DNA of 64,000 bases from Camelus ferus. Taxonomy: Eukaryota. The translations under genes and the position numbers were made by a program. The notes beneath the pieces are model-generated. The model saw nothing but the letters and a program-made list of their open reading frames with translations. It was not told the DNA's origin and ran no database searches. Below, piece by piece: positions 51,044-63,900 of the stretch (its first letter is position 1; each line of letters begins with the position of its first letter). The stretch covers positions 103,294,001 to 103,358,000 of the forward strand of contig NC_045696.1 in the NCBI RefSeq assembly GCF_009834535.1, read 5' to 3'.

Positions 51044-53880
51044 TTTTTAAATTGTGGTAAAATACACACAACATAAGATTTGCCATCTTAGCCGTTTTTA
51101 AGTATGCCGTTCAGTGGTACTGAATATATCCATAATGTTGTGCACCCATCACACCATACTTCCCCGTAACTCTTTTTCGCCTTGTAAAACTGAAGTCTAT
51201 ACCCATTAAACAGTAACTCCTCATTGTCTCCCTCTCCCGAGACCCTGCTAACCACCATTTTACTTCCGTCTCTGTGATATTGATGACTCTAAGTACCTCA
51301 TGTAGGTAGAATCATACGGTCTTTGCCTTTTTGTGGCTGGCTTATTTCATTCAGCATAATGTTCTCATGGTTCATCCATGTGCATTTCAGAATTTCCTTC
51401 CTTTTTAAGACTGAATGCTGTTCCATTGGATGTATATATCACATTTTGCTTAGCATTTATCTGTCAATGGACAAATGGGTTGCTTTTATTTTTTAGCGGT
51501 TGTGAATAATGCTGCTATGAACATGGGAGGACAAGTATCTCTTTAAGACCCTGCTTTTATTCTGTGGGGTATATGCATAGAAGTGGACAGTTCCCAGCAG
51601 AATCATATAATAATTCTATTTTTAAAAATGTTTTTATTTTGAGAGGGTGGGTAATTAGGTTTACTTATTTATTTATTTTTAGAGGAAGTACTGGGGATTG
51701 AACCCAGGACTTTGTATATGCTCAGCATGTGCTCTATCACTAGAGCTATACCCTCCTCCCTAATAATTCTATTTTTACTATTTGAGCAATCTACAACCCA
51801 ATTTCAGCAGCAGCTGTACCATTTTACATTCCCAATAGGGTTCCCAGTTTCTCTGCATCCTCACCAACACTTGTTTTCTGCTTTTTTTTGATAGTAGCCA
51901 TCCTAATGGGCATAAGGCAATATCTCATTGTACTCACTGTAAATTTTTTTTAACTTCCAAACTTACAAAGGAAAGGGTTTTTTTAATTGAAATATAGTTG
52001 ATTTACAATGTTGTATTAGTTTCAGGTGTACAGCAAAGTGATTCAGTTATGCATATATGTATATATATGTGTGTGTGTATATATATTCTTTTACAGATTC
52101 TTTTCCATTATAGGTTATTATAAGATACTGAATATAGTTCCCTGTGCTATACAGTAGGTCCTTGTTGTTTATCTATTTCATATATACAGTAGTGTGTATT
52201 AATCCCAAACTCTTAATTTATCCCTCTCCCTCACCCCGTTTCCCTTTGGTAACCCTAGTGTGTTTTCTATGTTTCATTGTAATTTTGGTTTGCATTTCCC
52301 TAATGGTTAGCAGTGCATCTTTTCATATGCATATCAGTCATTTGTGTATCTTATTTAGAGAAATGTCTATTCAAGTCTTTTGCCCATTTTTTAATCAGGT
52401 TGTTTGCTTTTTGTTGTTGTTGAGTTTTAGATTTCTTTATATATTCTGGATATTAATGCCTTATCAAGATGGATGATCTGTATATGATGATTCACTTTTT
52501 GCTTGATGCTTTCACGATCCTCTCTTTGTCTTTTTCAAGTTTGATTATAATGAGTCTCTTTGAGCTCATCTTTCTTGGGGTTTCTTGAGCTTCTTGATGT
52601 TTATATTCATGTCTTTTATTAAATTGGGGAAGTTTTCAGCCATTATTTCTCCAAATATTCTCTCTTCCCTTTTCCATCTTCTCCTCCTGGGAGCCCCACA
52701 GTGCTTCCTGGTGTCCCACACATCCCTTAGGTTTCACTTTTCTTCATTGGTTTTTTTTTTTTTTCTTTCTGATTCTCAAACTTGATAGTTTCCATTGTCC
52801 TATCTTCACGTGTGCCAATTCTTTCTTCATTTCAGTTATTTTACTTTCTTAACTCCAACATTCCTTTTCAGTTTCTTTTTGGGATTTTTCTCTATTGATA
52901 TTTCCATTTTGTTCATATATCATCTTCTTGACTTTCTCCACATCTTCCTTTAGTTCTTTGAGCATCTTTAAGACAGTTGTTTTAAAGTCTGCCTGGTATA
53001 TCTGCCACCAGGATTTTTTCAGGGAAAGTTTCTGCTGATTTATTTTTTCCTTTTGAATTGGCCATAATTTCCTATTTCTTTGTGTGTCTTGTGATTTTTT
53101 GTTGTTGTTGTTGAAAACTGAATGTTTAAATCTAATACTGTGTTAACTCTTGAAATCAGAATTTCCCTCTTCCACAAGGGTTTGCTGTTGTTATTGTTTT
53201 TGTTCATTTAAAAAAAAAATTGTTGTAGGTTGTCTCTGTGCTAAGAATTAACCCAAGGTGCAAACTTAAGTTCTTCTCAGGTCTTTTCGGAGCCCTTCCC
53301 TGGGCACGTGTGGTCACTTTCTAATTATCCCCATATATGCAGTTGTTTTTAAATGTCCCAGGCTATAATGCCTGGCTCCCAAAAGGGTAAAAAGAGAAAA
53401 AGGAGGGAGGGAAAGACACCAGTCCTTTAAATCCCCTGGAAGTCACTTCAGCCAGAGGGGAGGGTTGGCACCGTGGGGGCAGTCACAACAGTGGCTGCTC
53501 GCTTCTTTGTCTGCATCTCTGTGAGCAGGAGCAGGAATCCCCAGTCAGAACACAGATGTCTGATATTTGGAGACAGGGTCCTTTTCGCCCACCCTGGCTC
53601 CCACATGCTGTGTGCAAACTGCTCCAGGAACACGTGCACAGCTGCCTGCCACATGGCTGGGTTTGGGGGAGGGGCGGCCACTACTGGGCCACCAGCCATA
53701 AATTGACCAAAATTAGCTGCAATTTACCATCCAAATCTTCCCCTGGAAGTTATAAGACTTCATCAGGCTCCAGAGTTTCAAAATAGTTGCATGAGACAGA
53801 TCCTACCAGTGCAGTTGCTGCCCAGCTGAGGAGACAGATCCCTGATGCTTCCTATCCCGCTGTCTTCCCAGAGTCCTCTT
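51044..53880 (-). mobile_element. L1: 3' end (51044-~52480) joined to a 5'UTR/ORF1-like region (~52485-53880), with a nested SINE and younger L1 tail (~51980-52275)
   Basis: The 3' end begins attgtggtaaaatacacaacataag. ORF1-type antisense motifs (ttgggga agttttcagccattatttct) follow, then a GC-richer terminal gagacagatccctgatgcttcc…cccagagtcctc. Confidence 0.7.
51625..51760 (-). mobile_element. tRNA-derived SINE (Vic-1-like) inserted in an L1
   Basis: Core gaggaagtactggggattgaacccagg…gagctataccctcc. 17-bp TSD TAATAATTCTATTTTTA at 51608-51624 and 51761-51777. Confidence 0.9.
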
Positions 53881-54129
53881 TCCTACGTGGGTCTCTAGGA
53901 CAGGACCGCAGGAATATCTGGCATGTTTAGGAAATCGTGACAGAGCAGAAGACAGCTAGTTGATAGATGGTAATTAGTAATGGAAAGGTATTAGTTATAA
54001 AAATTAATCTGTGTCTAATAATTAAAAGCCTGGAAATCAGGTCAAAGTAGTTGGAATTTCTTCTGCTGTCAGTGGAGTTCTTTCAACAGATGGGAAGTGA
54101 CTCGCGGTATTTGATCAGTAAAGGATACT

Positions 54130-55700
54130 TGTTCATTCATTTATTTGTTTAATAGATATTGTTTGAATACACACTGTGTGCTATCTGGTTTTCTAGGCAG
54201 GAAGCGGACAGGGATGGAACTGGGGGGCTGGAGAGTCAGAATCCTGATGTAGAGGAATTCACATACTATTGGAAATGGCATACACCCAGAGGAGTATGAT
54301 AAATGTTATAATAAATGTGTGTCCACAGTGTTATGGGAACTGAAAATAGGACCAGATCTGCTTCAGGGAATTGGGAATATTTTAACTGAGCTGGTGACAT
54401 TTTATAATTTTGGAGTGATACTAGTTTACAGGGTGAAGAATATTAAGAGCTTAACGGTAAAGTCCTGGGCTGTTCAGGGTGTGGTAAATAATTCATGCAT
54501 CTGGAGTTGCGGGAAATAAACCTAGAAAAGCAATTTGGGACCCAATCACCTTCTGTGATCTATTTGATGAGGGAACCATCAAAGATTTTTAGACAGGGGA
54601 CTGAAATGATTTTCTTTATGTTTTTTCTCATCTGGAATAGTTTGGCATTAATAAACTAATACATGACATAGAAAACAATACTAGATTTTTAGTAACCCTT
54701 TTAATTACCTCTACTCATTGAGTTTATATTCATCATTAATACCCATAGTCATTAAATGTGTGGGTTTTGAGAAGTTACGAGCTGGATTAGAATCGTAGTT
54801 CTACCACTTTGTAGCATTTATACAAGTTATTTGATGCAGTAAACCTCCATTTTCTCATCTGCATAATGAGGCTGCTGAGTAGTTTCTGGGCCTTGTTGAC
54901 TGGGGGAGTAATGAGGAGTTGGGCGGAGAGGACAGTCAAGGGAGACTCTGCACTGGACATGACATAGTCTGCGTGTCCTCAGAGGACTGAGTGAAACAGG
55001 CTTTGAGGTAGATTTGGGAGTCAGGCATGAAAAGGTGTACATTTAATCTATAAGAGGTAATTAGTTCTAAGTAGGTCTTTGTATTCTATATTTAAAGATT
55101 TGGAGAAGGGAGCCAGGGAAGGTTTGAAGGAGGAATCCATATGATCCAGTTTTCCCAAACAGCTTCAGTTCTATCCCAGCATAATTATTAATAGTGTGAC
55201 CCCTTTCACTCTCAATGGTTAACCCAGCTTGGATAATAAATTATGTGGTCAGTCACCTTCTAAAGCAAAAAGATACTAAGAACAAAGGGCCACGGTTGAG
55301 CCATTTAGAATACAAGTAATGAGAAAAAAAATAAAGGAACCAGCCTAGAAGGGTTGGAGTAAAACAGAGAAGAAATAGTCTTGACAAAAGCCAAGAGAGG
55401 ACGGTTTTAATGGTATTAAGATGGTGAGATCTGTAAGATCAGCAAGGTCAGGTGGAGGAAGGTTACGGAGCAGAAGCATACATTGACTTATCAAGGTGGA
55501 GCTCCGTGTTTACTTTAGACAGTGCAGTTTCATTTGAGTACTTGGAGAGGAGCCAGATTGGGTTGTTTCTTTGAGGAGAAGGACTGTGTCTTTTATTTTT
55601 ATATCCCCGGTGCCTGGCACAGTAGTTATCATGTAGGAGGTACTTGGTGCATTTTTGAAAAATTGAAATACAATTAATAGTTGGTGAAAAAGGTGAGATA
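54130..55700 (-). mobile_element. L2 fragments with an interspersed MIR (~54760-54900)
   Basis: ttcattcatttatttg…, gattttagacagggg, gtagatttgggagtcag. MIR core cctccattttctcatctgcataatgagg. Confidence 0.6.
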
Positions 55701-56946
55701 GTAGCCGTGGATAATCACTCTTAAATTAGGAAGGGAAAGAGAGACAGAAAGAAGGATGTTTTTAGTTTGGCAGCAGTTAGGAAATATCTCTGCATTTTAA
55801 AAGGTAAGATGAACTCAGTGGAGAAGGAAAAATTAAAGTTTCTGAAGATAGAAGGAAGTTTAAAAGCTAAAGTCCTTGCTGCTTCGGGAAGAATCTGTTA
55901 CAGAGTGAACAGTGTGGCCTTAATGAGGTAAGTGGCTAACTCCCCTCACCTCTGCCCCACAACCCTTTGATGATTTAGGAATATTCTAATGAGAAGAGTC
56001 CAGTCATGGAATCAGAAAACCCAGAGCTAAGTGTTGACTTTACCTCTTACTAGATTAGTGGCAAATCATTTACTCTCTTATGTTTCAGTGACTTGGCTAG
56101 AGATTTTAGTGGCATCTGAGGGGTACCTAGAAGCTCCTCCACCATTCTCTTCCTCATCTCCCTAGCTATTACATTTTACGTGATTATGTCCTTCTGGACA
56201 GTTGATTGTCCCAACACATCATTGCTTTGACAACATTTCATTGGCCAGGAAGAGCGCCTGACTCACATTCAGCCAATGAATGTCTTCCTGGTATTTTAAG
56301 GCGCAGGATGAGAGAGGGTTAATGGAATCTGTAAGAATAAAACCAGTGACACATCAATGGCCATGTTTCCCACCATTTAAAGAATGCTGATCTATAGTGA
56401 AAGAGAATGATGCTGACAGGAGAGAAAATCAGAGACAAAAGAAAGGGAGAGAGACAGACAGACACAGTCCTAGCAACCGTAGAGTTACGAGACCTGACTG
56501 CATCCCTGACTCCCTAGTTTGGTTCTCTGACCCTTCTTTGCCTTCTGTGAGCCAGTGGAACCAACCAATTTCTTTTCAAGTCAGACTAGTTTGAGTTGAA
56601 TTACTTTACCTTATGACTAAACTAACATGTCGAATTTGACTCCAGTGCTCATGCTTTCTCCATTTCCATCCCTTCCTGACTCGTGAGGGCTTTAATGAAC
56701 TGTTTCTGTCCTCTCTCACGTCTTTGGTTCCTTCCCTTTCCGTAGAGCCTTCTCCGAGGGCCTGGCAAATGCCTCCCTCATCTTGTAAAGTCTTCAGCTT
56801 GATTCTTTGGGCTCTACTAATTCAGTTGTGACTAAAGCATGCATAGGGATTTTGGTAGAAGATAAAGTTATAAAGGTGGTAGACTGGGGCCAGACTGAAA
56901 AGCATTGAGGCTGCAGTCTTAAGTAGTTTGCTGTTATTGTCTAGAC

Positions 56947-57134
56947 CAGAGATGTTTAATAGAACTTTCTGTAATGATGGAAATGTTCTGTATCTGCAAG
57001 TTGTTGGCCACATGTTGAGGACTTAACGTTTGTCTAGTGCTACTGGGAAATTGAATTTTTAATTTTATTTAACTTTAATCAATTTAAATTTAGACAGCCA
57101 CATGTGGCTAAGGCTACCCCTGTAGATAGTGTAG
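56947..57134. mobile_element. MER3 (hAT-Charlie)
   Basis: aatagaactttctgtaatgatggaaatgttctgtatctgc…agccacatgtggcta. TSD (g/c)TCTAGAC at 56939-56946 and 57135-57142. Confidence 0.88.
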
Positions 57135-60100
57135 CTCTAGACACCAAGAGTTCATCAGAAGTTATACTTCTTAATTCTTTTGATTTTAAATCAGGGAAAT
57201 GATGAGTATTTTAGGAAAAAAAAAGTAGAAACAATGTGAGCATCAGATGGTGAGGAAGAGGCAAGAATAGAAAGTTACTTTCTATTCTGGATAATGATGC
57301 CTTTAACATGGATGGGGAACATAGGAGGATGAGCTGGTCTGAGGCTGTAGACTTGGAGTTCACTACTACACAAGTTGCATTGGCACTGTGGGAGTGTAGA
57401 CATAGACATCCAATAGACGATTGTGAATAAGAGTTCAGAGCTGAGCAGAATAGAGAAGGCTAAGACTAGAAGTGTAAATTTTTGTAGTTATTTCCACAGA
57501 GGCGATGAGCCATAGAGATGGGTAATGTCCTCCAAAGAGGGAAGAGAAATCTCGGGGGAAAGGAGCATCAAGGAGAGAACCTTGAACAATGTCCAAATTT
57601 AAAAGGTAGGAGGAGGAGAAGGAGGAGTGAAGGGGAAATCACTTACCGTGTGATAGTCTGAAGAAACCAACACTTACCCATGCGGGTGGTAGCAGTACCC
57701 TTTGCTTTAGGCATAGACCTCATCAGGGAGATTAGACATTTTACTTGCAAATGTGAGTAAGTGTATTGTATCCCTCATAATATGGATCTGGCAGGTAGTT
57801 ATGCAGGCGTGGGGCATGTAAAAACTGACTGTGCTATCATAGTGTCACTTCTGCCTATAAAATCATCAGTGTATCTGTGAAAGGTGGTTAATCTTTGGTC
57901 AGGTTGCCAATAAACATAGCAAACCCTAGTGCAAATGAGCTTATAAACAAGCCCCCTTTGGTGTTTTCTAGATAATCAGTAGCTGTAAATAATATGATGC
58001 TTAGGTGGATTTTCTGTCTAAGATTAAGGAGAAATTGTCTGAGAGAACCTACATAAGATGTATTTTATTATGCCAGTGGGAAGACTCACTAATTTCCTCA
58101 CAGTCTGGCATACACTTACGAAGGCATTTAGAAGGTAGTGATTAAGCTGCCTCCCAAGAGCGGCTTGGGAGTAGATTGAAGGGCAGTGAGAATGAAGAGT
58201 TCGGGGCTGGAAAAGCGTCACTGGCAAGGAAGGCAAACGGAGAAGAAATGTGGAAGACTAGAGGGAGGCTCCAGGTCAGGTCTCTGGAGTAGACAGGAGG
58301 GAGCGGGTCAGTTTGCTGCCTCGCTCAGGTGCTGGATACGTAAGAGGTGCTCAGGAAGTGTTTGTTAAAGGAAAGATGAATGATGGTTAGGGGGAAGAAA
58401 CGCTGCTGCTGCAGGAACCGTGGAATCCTGCTTTGACCCCGCTGATATTTTATCCATTAGTTGACCGTTGCCATCGCCATGTCTTCCTGACCTTGGGTTG
58501 CTGTTCATTTATTGAAGGTGTGACTATTCCAGGTAGAATATTTGAATTAGTAAATCAACATCCAACTCCAGGAGTAGGGGCATGGGATGCTGTGCTGTTT
58601 AGAAGTAGGGGCGAGTGCACCTCAGTACGGGAAAGTTTAATTGCCTTTTGTTGTAAGACTCACAGAGTAGGTGTGACCGTATCTAGCCCCTGCACATCCT
58701 GGCCTTGGGTGACATGGAACAAGTGCTTCTGGCTGGTCTGAGAGGTTAGAGGGGTGTGCTTACTCTCTCCGTGTGGGTTCCAGTAAGGCAATCAAGAATG
58801 ATGGGAAGCAGCATGAGGAGACAAAATTAACTCCAAATGTGGGTATGTGAATAGATGTAAGCATATTAGATTTTACTACACAAAAATGATTGGATGCTAT
58901 GTAGTTTTCAAGTTTCTTTTTTTATTCAAAACTCCTCTGAAGTCTGATAGTCCACAAAACCTTAGTGTATAGAATTTTAACTGATTCTTTTTTTTTTTCC
59001 CCCAAAATATAAGTTATTTGTTTGGTCACAGAATCTGCGGTCTGACCCTGCATAGAGAGGGCATTCAGGAAAGGAGGCAGGGGCATCGCCTGGGCTCCCA
59101 CCACCCCTGCCGGCACCAGCGAGGTACTGAGTGATGGCCCAGGGCCGGGCTCAGTGAGAACCTCCTGTGACCTTCGATTTCCTGCTCTGGGGAGGTTAAC
59201 TGATCCTTTTACTCAGGTATTTTAGTGACTTCATATCTGATATTGAAAACAGATTTTAGAATAAGAAAAGATACAGGGCCATATAGATTGTATTTTCAGT
59301 TTTAAGCTAATATGTATTTGCAGCCTAATTTAATTTATACCCTGTGCTGTATCATTTCTGATATCTGTGTGTATATACGTGTAATATGTGGTGCATAGTC
59401 TGTTTACAAAGAAAAGTTTGACTAAGGAAAAGCTCTGTTTGATGTTTCATTCAGTATATATTTATTTGAGTGTCTAACAGGCACTGTTTCAGATGCTGGG
59501 GATACAACAGCGAACAAAGCAGCATATCCTTGCCCTGCTGGAGTTGTCATCAAGACATACTTTCAGAGAGGAATATTTCAGATTGGGTGATACCTACTCA
59601 AAGAAGGAAAGGTTCCTTAATCATCCAGCAGAATTGTACTTGCAGGGAACTGAGACATAAGCTAATAAACCCCCTGAAGACAGGGATTTTCATTTGGCTT
59701 TTGTCTCCTGTGCTCACTGCTGTGTCCCCAGAGCCCAAAATAGTGCTCGGCTCATATGTCGTCGATTGACATGTTTATTGTTGTCAGTTTGTATAACCAG
59801 AGTTGTACTTTAGTAAATGATTTCTACACCTAGCCAGTTGAAAATTTTACAATCTCATTTACCTTATTTTTGTGTCTGTTGCCTACTTCTTATTTCTCTT
59901 TGTGCCCACATATCAGGACACAGGAGTAGCTTATTAACATTAATAATTAGTCATATGGTAATTTGATACTGCAAAGGTTAGATTTGGGAAGGAATTTAAG
60001 AGGTCATCTTTTGTTCCGCTTCCTGCCTAGGAAAAACTGACTAAGATAATTAGGTATGTATTTTTAATTAATCATTTAAAAAACTAGGACAACATAATTG

Positions 60101-60399
60101 TGTTTTCTCATGAGAAAATGCAGAAAGGTACTTAACCCTAGATATAAAGGTACTAACCTGAAAAACTTAGAACTTCTAACTGTGAGGGAAAGTGAAAAAA
60201 AAAAAAAAAATCGAGCACCGCTAAGCTGCTCTTTGTTGATATCAGAAATGGGCCTGTCATTCATTTTGGCATTGAAGCATAGCCTCCTATCTCACGGGGC
60301 AGAACCAGGGCTTTTTTTCCCCTCTCAGAAGAGCTGGACAGTTATTACAGGTTGAAAAGCCTGACCAGTTTTTCAAGAGTTTCTCCTCCTATTTTTTTT

Positions 60400-60923
60400 T
60401 TTTTGAAACTCATGGTGCTTTTGCTCCGCTTTCAAGATGCACTGAGGTCTCCTGCTTTGTGACTGCTTTGGAGCCAGCAAATGTACAATTCGAAATATGC
60501 AGGTTTCATGAGTAAGTTCCATCTTATTTTTTTTAGCCAGTTAAAATTCAAGTGATTTTCAGAAAAATGTTAGTGTGGAGTCCGACATTGTATTGTTTCA
60601 CCACTTTAAGCCTATTTCTGAAACAGTCTTTAATAAGAAAGCAAGACTCTACATAAAAAGACCCCTTGGTCTTTTAAGACCTGTACTTTTGGTTCCTTTT
60701 TAAGTGTCTTTGTTGCATCAGACAGTGTTCATGTATCTTTTAAAAGCCAGTAGCTGAACAATTTTCTTGAGCATCTTTTTAGTTTTACTGAGAAGTATTT
60801 TAAATTGAGCGTGTCTGAGCTCGATTGCTTATGTCTGACACAGTCTCAAGTTTCCACTGAATGGTAACAAAGACTGGAGAGTGTTGTTGGTACTGCAGTG
60901 AGAGGCATGCTCCTTTAGACCAG
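60400..60923 (+). other. TFDP2: Candidate alternative non-coding first exon of TFDP2 (5' boundary uncertain)
   Basis: Strong donor CAG|GTAAGA at 60923/60924 at the end of a repeat-free block. An in-frame TGA at 60899 and no in-frame ATG after it rule out a coding extension into a phase-1 acceptor. Confidence 0.5.
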
Positions 60924-63900
60924 GTAAGAGAGATCATTTTGTTTCTTACTGCTGGGTGCGTTTTTTGTGGCGTTTATTTTATAATCTTTCAACAGCAGCA
61001 ATGTTAAACTGATAGATAGCCAGGAGCACGCTGAATTCAAGACGTCCTTGCTTGTTGCAGACAGGAAAACTACAGGGTATGGGGGTTGGGATGGGGGGAG
61101 GGGTAAAGTAAGCTTAGTTTAACACTCAGTTACTTATATAAGTCAATTAAAATGTAAAAACAATTCTGGAGCTCCATTTTCTCTGTTCAAGAACTAAGGA
61201 AGCAGTTGAGGAAAAAAATCTTAAAGGTACTTCGTGGTTACTTACTTGTGAGAGCAATTCAGATGTGAGTTTTTACTTTCATTTCTTTCCAGTAGTGAAT
61301 AAAATAAGCTTTGCCTCTAACTATACATTTTTTTCCCATTTATGAAAACTTTTAAATTGTCAGTAGCAAAATGAGCTTCCTCGGGATCTTTGGAATAAAC
61401 CTGACACTTAAAAAAACATTTCAGCTTTTATAAGCTGTTTCATTCCCTTTTTTCCCCCCTCCAAGTACATTTTTCTTAAAAGTATTTGTGCTTTGAAAAT
61501 GTCAGCTGTATTCTAATGAGGCTCAGGCATTGTTTGCTCATAAAGGGGTCGGTGCATTCCAGTGCTTTATGGTTTATTATGAGGCACAGTGTGAGAGTGG
61601 GTGGCACCATTTGGTGTCTGCCTCTTGGGGTAGTGACTGCCATTATGCTAGCGTTGGAGTGGCAAAGAAAATATAGCATGCAAGATCCTATATGAATCTG
61701 GGTGCTGTGAAGCACAAACAATACTGAGTGAGCCCAGAATGTGTGACAACTTAAGTTGATCACTTCAAGTGTGCTCTCAAAGCCTGCATTTTAGTTACAA
61801 TGAATATTCTGCCAGTCACATCTCTTGTTTTTTGATGTGTCTATAACATTTCCTCCTTCTTTGAACTTTAATAAAAAAGTACATGTTTCTAGGTAAACCA
61901 TGACATTTTAAATGGAGACAGTACGATTTTCAGTAATACATTGTCTTTGAAAAAAGTTTTAAGGAACTTGGGGTGGGTGGGGAGGGGGTGGGAGAGGAGG
62001 TCAGGCAAAGAGGCTTTCTTTCAGTTAGGAAAGCCCTGCTGAAGAAAAAAGCAACAGATGTTTCTTCTGTTACAATTGAGGTGGTTTCATTCAAAATTCA
62101 CAGTAGCTGGAATGGGGAGGGGAGGTCATAAATCTGACTTAATCAGTGAATAAATACAACTTAGTCATTTAACATTTATTCTTTAATATTCAGGGTTTAA
62201 GAAACTGTATAGAGTAACATATTTGGAGTTAACAGACTTTTTGAAGAGGCTTTTTAAAAAAATTATGTGTAATTAGAGGAAATGTGAGAAAGTTTAGTGC
62301 CTTTAAATGATGGAAAAATTAAATCGTATAGAATATTAGTGAAAAAACTAAGCCATTATAAAATATATAAAGATTACTTAGGTGGCAAAAGTTTGTCATT
62401 GCACGATAGGTTTTAAGTCTCAAAATGAAATTGCAATATGAAACATTATTTGCATTTAGAGATAGATTATTTTACCTTCAATGAGAAGCATGAGACTTAT
62501 TCCTAAAGATCTTTGAACAAGAAATGTGGGGAAAATATTTTGAGTTTCATTGAAATGCAGGTTGCAGTTTCCTTCTTTAAAAAAAGATATGAAGCTTAGA
62601 GTAAGTAAGCTAATCGAAGGAGGGGAATGTTTATCTGCTGAAAAGAGTAAGAAGAAAGAGCTTGGAAGCGATATGCATGTAATGAAAACAGTCAAAAAGT
62701 AGTTTTTAAGTTTGTGGAGTTGCTAATGAGTAAAGTAAAAATCCGTTCTTTTACAAGTAACACAGAAGTTCTGTGCTCTCAGAGTGTGTGTTTATATACA
62801 TTACAACTGTATGCATTTCTTTAAGTTAGCTCTTAGAAAACCTGTACTGAGCACCAGATCTTTCACATATGAGGCACTTAATAAAATTTTGCCCTACCCT
62901 ACACTGTAAAGTTAGTAATAATATATAAGAGCCCCCAAAATTCTTTGAACCTTCTTCTTTCAGAATTTACCTATGGAGCAAATGTTAAGCAGTTTCCCAA
63001 ATGTTTAATTGGTCTAAGCAGAAGACTGGGAAAGATAGCAACATTCAGGGGGATTATTAAAAGTTTCTCTTGTTCTTAGCTAGGGCCTGTGAGCTCCCCT
63101 GAAGATTTCTTTGCTTCAAATAATGACAGCAGAATTTAGAGATACTGAAACTTTTCAGATCACTATTTGAATTAAGATTGAGTCTAAACTGTCTATGTAC
63201 ATTTTGCTTTTTTAGGAATAGCAATATGTAACTATTCCTTATTTTTTTTTCCTCTCTAAGATAACTAACTTACATGGAGTTTAAAATGGATTTACAGAGT
63301 TGTGGATTTGATTAGAGTAAGAACTTGTATTATTTTGCACAAAGAATGTGTAATTCTAATGGAACAGACAACCCTAAAGAAAGCTGGTGAGCTCGCATGT
63401 GGTGTGTAACTATGACAGCATCATAGGTCGTAGTTATCAAAAATGTGTGTCACTTACAGATGTAGGCACGACAGTCCTGTACAGCAGCAGTGCAGAAAGA
63501 ATCGAGACTGTTAACCCTTCAACTTAAGAACAATACACTGAAAGAAGACTTGTGGGGTGAGGTGCGCGTGGTTCCTGCCTTACGTATGAGCTCTAGCACA
63601 GAACTGAGGCCTGGGGGAAGGGGGGCCTCCCCCTTTTGTTTTTCTCCAAGTCAGAAGATGCAGAGAGTGACTGATTGAGACGTTCTCTCTGTCTTACATA
63701 CTTTTATGGAGTTGGAAGCTATTGATGGCGACCTAAAATATCGCATCTCTGGTGCAGAGGTCAGAGGGAAGATTTGCCTGAAGCCTGTATTTTTCTGAGA
63801 GGAAAACCTTTTATGTTGCTGTTGAGGAGCAGCTGTGAGTGTTGTGCTTTAAGTGTCTTCTGAGTTAACTCTGTTTTGCAAGTGGCTCCAGGAACCTATG

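Noticed and set aside
63406..63416. GTAACTATGAC resembling the 28S rRNA helix 69 loop
   Set aside because: The match is only about 11 nt with no flanking rRNA similarity, so chance is the likely cause.
1631..63678. The many 60-143 aa ORFs in the supplied track as novel genes
   Set aside because: They are short, often start at non-ATG codons and are compositionally biased. Many fall in L1, L2, LTR or SINE fossils. None matches the real TFDP2 exons, which are too short to appear in the track.
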